From a virus, in the IMG/VR virus record IMGVR_UViG_3300047462_000185, positions 1-64,000 of that record: 64,000 nt of DNA. The stretch is one strand, 5' to 3'. Below, in pieces: positions 26,582-36,700 of the stretch; position 1 is the first letter of the stretch; the number at the start of each line of letters is the position of its first letter. The notes under the pieces are model-generated. The model searched no databases. It was not told the DNA's origin and was given only the letters and a program-made list of their open reading frames with translations. Both the position numbers and the translations under genes were made by a program.

Positions 26582-29500
26582 TGGCTGTTACCCGAACCAC
26601 GATTCCTGTCCCGCGGGACATCGTTGGGCGGGGCGGCGGCAAGTCTTCGTCGAGCGCAACGACACCGACCGAGGAGGCCAATAGCCTCGCCTCGAATGCG
26701 TTTGCCTATTGCTTCGACCTGATCTCCGAGGGGCCGATCGAGGGCTTGGTCGATGGGGCCAACAGCGTGTTCTTCAACAACACGCCCTGGGGCTACACCG
26801 ACGGCGGCGGCGCCCAGCAATACAACTTCCAGGGTGTCCAATTCTCGCTGGTGCAGGGCCTTCCGGATCAAGGTCCGTTGTCTGGCCCCAGCGACACGGA
26901 GACCACCTACGAGGTCGATGCCCAGGTCAAGTTCGCGCAACCCGTCACACGACAGATATCGTCCGAATATGCCGACCATGTCCGCGTCACGCTGCAAATC
27001 CCGGCGCTGGTCAGCGAAGATACGAATACGGGAGAGGTGGGCCACACCTCGGTCGAGATACAAATTCTGATCCAAGCCAATGGCGGGTCCTACTATGTCG
27101 CGGTCGATGACACGATCGATGGCAAAACCACCACGGTCTACGAGAAAGACTACACGATTCCGCTGCCGGCCGGCGGCTATCCGTGGAACGTGCAGATGTC
27201 GCGGATCACGGCCGACTCGACCGTTAGCACACTTTCGAATGATACCTATTTCTTAGCCTACACCGAGATCATCTCGGTTCTGTTGACCTATCCAAACGAT
27301 GCCATCGCGTGCGTCGGGTTGAACGCGCAGGACTTCGGATCGGCTATCCCGACCAGGTCCTATCTGGTCAAGGGACTGCAGATCAGCATCCCGTCAAACT
27401 ACGATCCGATCGCGCTCACCTATGACGGCATGTGGGACGGCACGTTCCAGACCGCGTGGACCTGCAACCCGGCCTGGGTCTTCTACGACCTGCTCACCAA
27501 CAATCGCTACGGGATGGGCAACGTCGTCAGTGCCGAGCAGGTCGACAAGTGGGCCCTCTATCAGATCGCTCAGTATTGCGACGAGCTCGTGCCGGACGGC
27601 TACGGCAATCAGGAGCCGCGCTACACGTTCAACATGCAGATCACATCGGCGCAGGATGCTTATTCCGCGCTGCAGATGATCGCGTCCGTGTTCCGCGGCA
27701 TGATCTACTGGGGCGCTGGCACCATCATCGCCACGGCGGACATGCCCGAGACCGGCATTGCCAAGATCCTGACCAACGCAAACGTAAAGGACGGCCAGTT
27801 CATCTATTCGGGTGCGCCGCTCTCGTCCTACCACTCGATTTGCCAGGTCACATGGAACGACCCATCGCAGAACTACCAGCCCACCGTCGAGACGATTGTC
27901 GACGATGCCGCCGTGCTTCAGTTCGGGTCTCGTGTCTCTCAGATCTATGCCTATGGCTGCACCAGCCGAGGACAGGCACGGCGCACCGGGCTGTGGTTGC
28001 TCTACACGGAGCGAAACCAGACCGAGACGATGACATGCACCGTCGCGCTGGATCAGATGGCGGATGTCAGGCCCGGCGATATCGTGGCCGTGGCGGACCA
28101 ATGGTATCAGGGCGTGCGTTACGCGGGCCGCATCGTCGCGAACGATGGCAGCACCTACACCGAAGGGCCGACCGACGGCACGCTGGTTCTCGAGTCAGGC
28201 GCGCCCGTCTATGTCGGCGGCGATGTCCTCACCACCGAGGGCTATACGGTTCCGCCCGGCCTCGTGCTAACGCTGGACTCCAACGTCACGCTGCCGGCCG
28301 GCGACAGCTACACGATCCGCGTGTTCAACCAGTATGGCAACACGCTCCAGGAACAGGGGATCAATCTCGACCTGACCGGCACCGGGCCGACCAACCAGAT
28401 CGTGGTCAACGGTGTTTTCGCTCAGTCCGTCGGTGCCAACGCGGTCTGGATGATCTACTGCAACGCGGTCAACCCACGGCTGTTCCAGATCCTGACCGTG
28501 ACGGAGCAGGACGGCAGCGAGTTCCAGATCACCGGGCTTTTCTTCGACCCGGACAAGTTCGCCGAGGTCGAGCTGGGCCTCAACCTGGTCGAGCCGAACT
28601 ACACCACGCTACCCACAGGCGCCATAGCGCCGCCGAGTAACGTGTCGGTGCAGGACTACATCACGGGCGTGGGTCAAACCACGATCATCCGGACCACGGT
28701 AAGTTGGACAAACTCGCCGGATTCCCGGGTCAATGCGTATCAGGTCAGGGCTTCGTCGGACCAGGGCTTCTACGGCACCTTCGCCGCGACGGGCGGCTCG
28801 AAGGACATCGACAACCTTCCCGTGGCGAACTATGTGTTCGGGGTGCGGGCCTGCTCCGTCGATGGGCAGTATTCGGTGTGGGTCGATGCGGCCGCGGTTT
28901 ATATCGACGGCCAGCCCATCCCGCCCGCCGCACCGACAGATCTTGTCGCGGTGGGTGGCACCCGTCAGATCCAGCTGACCTGGAACGCCTCGCCGTCCCC
29001 ATCGATCCTCCAATACGAGGTGTGGCGCGGCAACAGCCCGGAGCAATCGCCAGGCGAAGGAGCGACATTCCTCGCCGATGTCAGCGCAACCAGTTACATG
29101 GACGCCGACAGCAACACGCTGCTGCCCAACACGACCTGGTATTACTGGGTCAGGGCGCAGAACACGTTGCTGTCTTTGGGACCGTTCGAGGGGCCTGCGT
29201 CCGGCACAACCACGCTTCTCGTCGCGGCCGATCTCGAGCAGGGCATTCTCGACACGGCGAGCTTCGCGGCGACGATCAAGGCGCCCTACGTCATCGCGAA
29301 CCTGTCGGTGCATGGCATCGCCTACAACGATCTGGCGGTCAACGAGGAGAACAGCCAGCTCTACATCTGGAACGGGACGACGTGGAACAACGTCGTCTCG
29401 GCCGGTAGTCTCTATGGTCAATTGGGCGCGGGCCAATTCGCGGCGAACTCGGTCACAGCCGGTGTGGTCGCGGCGGGCGCTATCGGATCGTCCCAGATAG

Positions 29501-29871
29501 CGGCTGGTCAGGTCAGGGCCGTCAACCTGGCGTCCGACACGCTGATCACGCTGTCGGCCCAGATCGGAAACGCCGTCATCACCAATGCGAACATCGCCAA
29601 TCTTTCGGTCGACAACGCCAAGATCGGGAATCTCGCGGTTGGAACGAGCAACATCCAAACCCAGACCGTGACGCAGACCTATCAGGGGGTTCGGACTTCA
29701 CTATCCGATTACATCAACGGCACCGAAACATTGGTGAGCTTGACAGCACAAGTTCCTCAGAACGGCAAAATCCTCCTGCTCGCCAGAATTCTCCCGTTCA
29801 ATTTGGGGGGTGGCGGAAACTTCGGCGGCGGCGGTGGCGGCGAAGGATCCGGCAACGGAGTCGGCGAATGA
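26581..29871 (+). CDS. Central tail tip protein J-like with FN3 domains
   Basis: DLISEGPIEGL, AWTCNPAWVFYDLLTN.RYG, YCDELVPDG.G..EPR, GCTSRGQARR.G.W.LYTE. Confidence 0.95.
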   Translation: MAVTRTTIPVPRDIVGRGGGKSSSSATTPTEEANSLASNAFAYCFDLISEGPIEGLVDGANSVFFNNTPWGYTDGGGAQQYNFQGVQFSLVQGLPDQGPLSGPSDTETTYEVDAQVKFAQPVTRQISSEYADHVRVTLQIPALVSEDTNTGEVGHTSVEIQILIQANGGSYYVAVDDTIDGKTTTVYEKDYTIPLPAGGYPWNVQMSRITADSTVSTLSNDTYFLAYTEIISVLLTYPNDAIACVGLNAQDFGSAIPTRSYLVKGLQISIPSNYDPIALTYDGMWDGTFQTAWTCNPAWVFYDLLTNNRYGMGNVVSAEQVDKWALYQIAQYCDELVPDGYGNQEPRYTFNMQITSAQDAYSALQMIASVFRGMIYWGAGTIIATADMPETGIAKILTNANVKDGQFIYSGAPLSSYHSICQVTWNDPSQNYQPTVETIVDDAAVLQFGSRVSQIYAYGCTSRGQARRTGLWLLYTERNQTETMTCTVALDQMADVRPGDIVAVADQWYQGVRYAGRIVANDGSTYTEGPTDGTLVLESGAPVYVGGDVLTTEGYTVPPGLVLTLDSNVTLPAGDSYTIRVFNQYGNTLQEQGINLDLTGTGPTNQIVVNGVFAQSVGANAVWMIYCNAVNPRLFQILTVTEQDGSEFQITGLFFDPDKFAEVELGLNLVEPNYTTLPTGAIAPPSNVSVQDYITGVGQTTIIRTTVSWTNSPDSRVNAYQVRASSDQGFYGTFAATGGSKDIDNLPVANYVFGVRACSVDGQYSVWVDAAAVYIDGQPIPPAAPTDLVAVGGTRQIQLTWNASPSPSILQYEVWRGNSPEQSPGEGATFLADVSATSYMDADSNTLLPNTTWYYWVRAQNTLLSLGPFEGPASGTTTLLVAADLEQGILDTASFAATIKAPYVIANLSVHGIAYNDLAVNEENSQLYIWNGTTWNNVVSAGSLYGQLGAGQFAANSVTAGVVAAGAIGSSQIAAGQVRAVNLASDTLITLSAQIGNAVITNANIANLSVDNAKIGNLAVGTSNIQTQTVTQTYQGVRTSLSDYINGTETLVSLTAQVPQNGKILLLARILPFNLGGGGNFGGGGGGEGSGNGVGE

Positions 29872-30065
29872 GCATCTATTGGTATATTGACCGGCTCAAC
29901 GACGGACAGATTATCCGAGGTGCTTACCTGGCCGACTCGATGCCGGTCGTTTTCGCGGTGGACTTTCCTCCCGAGGGAACCTGGACCTACGCCATTAATG
30001 CTTTTGGCGATGGCACCGAGCAAGTTCTCGAGTGCGAGTTGCTGGGCATGGTGATCAAGCTGTGA
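29868..30065 (+). CDS. Small beta-rich protein, possibly the split C-terminal part of J
   Basis: ATGA overlap; VDFPPEGTWTYAI...LLGMVIKL. Confidence 0.55.
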   Translation: MSIYWYIDRLNDGQIIRGAYLADSMPVVFAVDFPPEGTWTYAINAFGDGTEQVLECELLGMVIKL

Positions 30066-30679
30066 CAGAGCCAGCACCTCACGCCGCTTTCGCCGGCACT
30101 GACGGCAAGGTCATCGTCGCCCATACCAATGAGGATGGCGTTGTAACATACGTCTCATCGATGAGCCCGCATGTGGTCGACACGCACCTGAAGCATGCCG
30201 GCGGCCAGATCCTGATGCCGTCGGAGCACGGCAAGTTGCACAAAGGCAAGAAGCTGAAGTTGCGCGCCGGCGTGCTCAGCGAAGCCGATCAAACCGATGC
30301 GGACCTAGAACTGAAGCGCCGCGCCGGGTGCGCCACGATCGACAGACAGGCCGAGCGTGCCAGGGGCCGCTTCGTGACGCTCGGCGCCGGGCAGCTGATG
30401 GAATACGAAGCAACGCTGCGGGACGCCCAAGCCGTCTTGAACGCCGGCGCCGGGGATCACCCTTGGGTGGCGGCGGAACAGGCCGCACTCGAATCCGCCG
30501 GTGAGACCCTCACCATGACGCAGGTCGCGCAGCGCATCGTGACGCGGGCCCAGGCGTGCCAAGTCGCGCTCGTCAAGATCAAGCAGGTGCGCCGCACCGC
30601 GAAGCTCGCGGTCGGTCAAGCATCATCCGATGAACAGATACAGGCCATCGTCTCAGCGCTGAGCTGGCCGACCGCCTGA
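30062..30679 (+). CDS. Tail fibre assembly-like protein
   Basis: IDRQAERARGRF....GQ..EY...A...R..AK..V...W C-terminal pattern. Confidence 0.6.
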   Translation: MTEPAPHAAFAGTDGKVIVAHTNEDGVVTYVSSMSPHVVDTHLKHAGGQILMPSEHGKLHKGKKLKLRAGVLSEADQTDADLELKRRAGCATIDRQAERARGRFVTLGAGQLMEYEATLRDAQAVLNAGAGDHPWVAAEQAALESAGETLTMTQVAQRIVTRAQACQVALVKIKQVRRTAKLAVGQASSDEQIQAIVSALSWPTA

Positions 30680-30701
30680 TCCCAGCCATACCGACTCGTA
30701 G

Positions 30702-30740
30702 AGCCCCCGGAGCGATCCAGGGGGCCTTTCGGCGTTTTTT
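30702..30740 (+). terminator. Possible terminator before the fibre gene
   Basis: GCCCCC-GGA-GCGA-TCC-A-GGGGGC hairpin followed by T-rich runs. Confidence 0.4.
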
Positions 30741-30754
30741 CCATGAGGTGAGCC

Positions 30755-33700
30755 ATGCCAGCGATTAGCGATCTTCTCGCTTCCTCGACCACGACCGCAA
30801 CGACGCTCAACAGCGGCGATGGCTTCCTGATCAGCCAGGGCGGCGTTTCGAAGGGCATCACCTGGGCGACCATTCTGTCCGTGCTGGGCAGCAGCATCGC
30901 GGCGGGGATCACGATTCCGTCCGGCACCCTGATGGGACGCTCGAGCGCGGGGACCGGCTCCTATCAGGCGCTGACCCCGAGCTCGAATTTCGTGTTCGGG
31001 TCCGGCACTCTCTCGCTGACCGGCGTCGCCCTGGTGGCGAACGATCTGTCGGAATACAGCGGAACCGCCTCGGCGGCCCGGACCAACCTGGGCCTTGGCA
31101 CCATCTCGACCCAGTCGGCCGGCGCTGTGGCGCTGACCGGCGGCACCGCGACGGGCCTGGCGATCACGGCCGGCTCGATCGACGCCGCGCCGATCGGCGC
31201 AAACACGCCGGCGTCGCTGCGCGGCACATCGCTGGCGCTCACCGGCTCGATCGCCGCATCGACGGTGCTGGTTGGTCCGTCGGGTGCCAGTGGCGCGCCG
31301 ACCTGGCGCATGCTGACCACGGCCGACGTGACGGGCGCCGAGAACACGGCGAACAAGGGCGCGGCGAGTGGCTATGCCGGCCTGGATAGCACCGGAAAGG
31401 TGCCGCTCGGCAGCCTACCGGCCACGGTGTCGGGTGCGCTCCACTATCTCGGCATGTGGAACGCCTCGACCAACTCGCCCACCTTGGCCAGCAACGTCGC
31501 GCCTGCGGGTGACAACGCATCGGCTGGCGGGTTCTACATCGTCGGCACGGCCGGCACGACCCTGATCAACGGCGTGTCGACCTGGGGCGCGGGCGACTGG
31601 ATCGTCTGGACCGGGTCGGCCTGGAACAAGGTCCAGGGCGCGGCCGTGCCGGTCAGCAGTGTGGCCGGGCGGACCGGCGCCGTCACGTTGAGCAACACGG
31701 ACATTACGGGCCTGGGCGCGGCCGCGCTGCTCGGTGTCGGGGCCGGCCTCACCAGTTCGGGCGGCGCCATCGTGGTCAGCTTCGGCACGACCAGCGGCAC
31801 CGTGACGCAGGGCAATGACACGCGCGTCGTCTTCGCGCTCCAGTCGACCAACAATTTGTCCGAGCTGAATGCCACGGCCAGTGCGGCGCGCACCAATCTG
31901 GGCCTCGGCACCATCTCGACCCAATCGGCCGGCGCGGTGGCGCTGACCGGGGGCACGATGAACGGCGTGGTGATCGGCGCCAGCTCGGCCGCCGCGATCA
32001 CCGGCACCACACTGGCCCTGACGGCGTCGGTCTCGGCCTCCTATGTCCATGTCGGTCCGACCGGCTCGGCCGGCGCGCCGACCTGGCGCATGCTCACCAC
32101 GGCCGACGTGACGGGTGCCGAGAACACGGCCAACAAGGGCGCTCCCAGCGGCTATGCGCCGCTCGACAGCACCGGCAAGGTGCCGCTGGCCAATATCCCG
32201 TCCTCCGTGATTGGATCGAGCTACTACCTGGGCGTCTGGAACGCTTCGACCAACACGCCGACCATCACCAGCAGCGCGGCGCCGACCGGCTACGGTGTCG
32301 GCGCCTACTACGTCTGCGACGTGGCAGGAACGACCAGCATCAACGGCATCTCCACCTGGGGCATCGGCGACTGGATCATCTGGTCGGGCACGGTCTGGAA
32401 CAAGATCGATGGCTCGGCCAACCCGGTGACCAGCGTGGCAGGCCGTCAGGGCGCCGTGACGCTGACCTATGCCGATATCTCGGGCCTGGGCGCTGCGGCC
32501 CAGCTCAGCGTTGGCACCGGGCTCCAGAGCGTCAGCGGCTCGCTGGCGATCAACTTCGGCACGACCAGCGGCACCGCGGCGCAAGGCAATGACAGCCGCA
32601 TCACGGGCGCGCTCCAGGCCGCCAATGCGTTGTCCGAGCTGACCGGCGCGGCTTCGATCGCGCGTGGCAACCTGGGCCTTGGCACCATCTCGACCCAGTC
32701 GGCCGGCGCTGTGGCGCTGACCGGGGGCACCGCGGCGGCCCTGGCGATCAGCAGCGGCACGATCAATGGCACGCCGATCGGCGGCGTTACGCCAGCGGCG
32801 GTGAGCGCGACCACCTTGACCGTTACGGGCTCGCTTGCCGCGTCCTACGCGCATATCGCGCCCACCGGATCCTCGGGTGCGCCGACCTGGCGCGCCATCA
32901 CCACGGCTGACATCGCCAACGCCGAGAACACGACGAACAAGGGTGCGGCGGGCGGCTACGCGCCGCTGGACGGCAGCTCGCATGTCCCATTGACCAACCT
33001 GCCCGCCACCGTTTCGGGTGCGCTCCACTACCTCGGCACCTGGAACGCCTCGACCAACTCGCCGACGCTCGCCAGCAACACCGCGCCTGCGGGCGATAAC
33101 GCATCGGCGGGTGGCTTCTACATCGTCAGCACGGCGGGCACGACGCTGATCAACGGCGTGTCGGCATGGGGTGTGGGCGACTGGATCGTCTGGACCGGAT
33201 CGGCCTGGGCCAAGCAGGTCGGCGAAGCCAACCCGGTCGGCAGCGTTGCGGGCCGCACCGGCGCCGTCACGTTGAGCAACACGGACATTACGGGCCTGGG
33301 CGCGGCCGCGCTTCTCGGCGTGGGCACCGGTTTGACCAGTTCGGGCGGCTCCCTGGTGGTCAGCTATGGCACGACGAGTGGCACCGCGGCGCAGGGCAAC
33401 GACAGCCGCATCACGGGCGCGCTCCAGGCCAGCAACGCTCTGTCCGAGTTGAGCGGATCGGTTGCCACGGCGCGCACCAACCTGGGCCTTGGCACCATCT
33501 CGACCCAGTCGGCCGGCGCTGTGGCGCTGACCGGCGGCACGATGAACGGCGTGGTGATTGGCGGCTCGTCGCCCGCCGCGATGACTGGCACCACGCTCGC
33601 CCTGACCGCGTCGCAGACCGCATCCTACGTGCTGGCCGCGCCCACCTCGACCGCTGGCGCACCGACCTGGCGCATGCTCGCCGCGGCCGACATCAGCGGT

Positions 33701-36700
33701 CTTGGCGGGGCGGCCACGCTGAACGTGGGCACGGCGAGCGGCACTGTGGCGGCCGGCAATGACAGCCGCATCACGGGCGCGCTCCAGACCAGCGCCATTC
33801 CGACCGCATCCCTGCTTGGGGGTGCGAGCAACGCGCTGACCAGCATCAGCATCAACGGCACGCTGAGGTTGAGCAGCGGCGTGCTGTCGTTCCTGGCCGC
33901 GCCGACCGAAACCAGCGCGACGCGCTACGAGACGGCTGGCGGCGCGATCATCTACGAGTCGGACACCACCAAATTCGCCTTCTTCGACGGCACGGCATGG
34001 CACTACATGGTTCGCGCCGACGGTGACACGATGACGGGCGCACTTACTGTGACTGGCACCACCTCGCTTGCCACGTTGAGCGCTGCCAGCGGCACGATCA
34101 CCGGAGCTTTCGTGATCGAGGGCGCCGCCACGCTTGCAGCGCTGAGTGCGACGACAGGCTCGTTCAGCAGCACGTTGCACGTAACGGGGGTCGCAACACT
34201 CGCCACAGCGGCTAACATCAACGGTGTTGCATCGGGCTATGCCACGGCCGGCCTTACGGTGGGAACCGACTACGGTGGCACCAACGAAACCGACCTAATG
34301 GTGGGTGCGGCCGGCCTGAACGTTTATTCGATCAGCAGCGGCGGCATTCCTTCTTCGGTGCCACTACTGTCGATGAACAACAAGGGCCAGCTTGTCAGCA
34401 TTGCCGGCGGCCAATCCGGAGTTGCGGGCGAAAACATCGCGACGCTCGATCTGACCGCCGGTCGGGTCAACATGCTGAAGCAAATCAGCACAACACAGAC
34501 CAACTCGCCAACCGTCAACGTGCAACTTAGCAATAGTTGCGCGCTGACATTGAGTGCAGATGGTCTGTATCCCCAAATCGGCGCACTAGACGTCACCGCC
34601 TATGGACTGACAGGCGGTTCCGCTTGTCTCGATGCGCTGATCGCGACGATCAACGTCTATGGCAACAACGCGATTAGCGCCCAGGACGTGGCTGTGCAGG
34701 CCACGGTGAACCAATACGGTCACGACAGCACATGGGGTCTGGACGTATTCACGACGGACTGGTCCGGCGAGCCGCCCCAAGGCTTCGCGCAGGTCGGCGT
34801 CGAGATCGACATGGCGGGCAACGGTGCCGATGCGGCCACGTCGCAGTATGACAGTCTCCACAACTACCGCGCCGCCATAGTCATCTCGCCTGGCACCCAG
34901 GGATGGTCGGCCTGGACCCCCTCCACGGCCTATCATGCGAACGGCACGAATTCGGTTGGTTCCATCATTCAGATGACCAATTCGGCCGGCGTGCTGAGCA
35001 TCTACAAATGCACGACGGGGGGCACCAGTGGCGCCTCAGCGCCCGCTTCTTGGCCCACCTCAGGAACGGTTACGGATAACACAGTCGTCTGGACTTATCA
35101 GCAGGCCGCTGCCTACCAGGTCGGACGTGGCATCTTCCTGAATGGTTATGGCTCGGCCGGTGCGTATTTTGGAACGGGCTTCAGTTCGGATGCGGCCTAT
35201 TCCAATGCCGTCATAGATATCAGCGAAGCGACGCTCAGCACATCGATCAATGCGAATGCGGCTGCAATCAGAATCGCGGCAAACCAAGCTATAGACTTTT
35301 CGGGAAACGGCACATTGGCCGGTCAGAATCTGCATACCCTAAGTTATAGCAGCGTCTATTCTTCGCTTTACTACAACGTCAGTGGTCAGAACCGTTTCCA
35401 GATCAAGGATACGGGTGCGTTGCTTGCGTTCGGAACGTTCAACTGCGCATCGAACTCAACCATTTCATCGTTGCACAGCGTGACCAGCGGTTACCTAGGA
35501 GGTCTGACTGTTGGTGTGAACTACGCCGGAACCGGCGAGACCGACTTCATGGTCGACACGGCTGGCCTTCAGATATACGCGGTGCAGTCGGGTGGCACGC
35601 TCTCTTCGGTGCTGTTCAGCATGGACGGCAGCGGCGACACGGCGATTGCGGGCAGCTTGAGCAGCGGCGGGATCGCCCATCTGGCGACGCTGGCGGGCGG
35701 TATTGGTAGTCTGCATGGCGCAACCACGTTCAGCGCATCTGGCGGTCTCATCGTCGGCTCGGATTATAATGGCAGCGGCGAGCTCGATTTTCTGATCAAC
35801 ACCGGGGGCCTCGGCATCTACGCGGTGCAGTCGGGTGGCACGCTGTCGTCCGTGTTGTTCAACCTCGATGGCAGCGGCAACGCCACGATTGCGGGGAATC
35901 TGACTTGCGGCGGCGAGGCTCACTTCGGAACGTTGTCCGGGGGTTCTGGCAGTCTGCATGGCATGACGACGTTCAGCACCTCGGGTGGTCTGATCGTCGG
36001 TTCGGGCTATAGCGGAGTTGATGGTGAGACTGACTTTCTCGTCAACACGACGGGCCTTTCGATCTATGCGGTGCAGTCGAGTGGCACGCTGTCGTCAGCG
36101 CTTTTTACGATAGATGGAAGCGGCGATGTCGGAATCGCAGGAACTCTGAATGTCACCGGAGCAGCAAGCCTCGCGGCTCTGAGCGCGACGAATGCCACCT
36201 TTACCGGCACGATGTCGGTCTCGGGCAACGTCACGCTGGGGGGCGCCATCCTCGCCCAGGTCTCCGGCTCGACAACGGCGCAGAGCAGCGGCCTGCCGAG
36301 CCTGGACTTCCTCGGCTCGACCATAAATTTCCAGAGGAAGGTCTCGAGCGGCAATCCGACCTACGCCGGGACGCGCGTGTTCCTGGACAACTACAGCTCG
36401 GCCTACACGGTGCAGAGCTGGGGCGGCTACTCCAGCGTCCCCGCCTTCTCGGTCACCGCGACATCCCACCCGGGAGCCAACGGCTCGACGGTCGGCGTCG
36501 CCGCCATCCTCAACAGCAACGGCAGCGCCGGCTACGCCGCGCAGGAGTGCGCGATCACGGCCAACGTCACCAAGACGGGCACGAACGGGACCTGGGCCCT
36601 GGCGACGCAGAGCGTCGACAACACGGGGCTTACTCCGACCGCCTTCTCGCTGTGGGGCGTCGAGATCGACCTTCTCTCTAACGGTCCCGATAGCGCAGCG

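Noticed and set aside
608-34180. Long minus-strand ORFs (608-2701, 12185-14335, 16980-18473, 19443-22109, 31415-34180)
   Set aside because: Antisense shadows of high-GC3 genes with no motifs or RBS.
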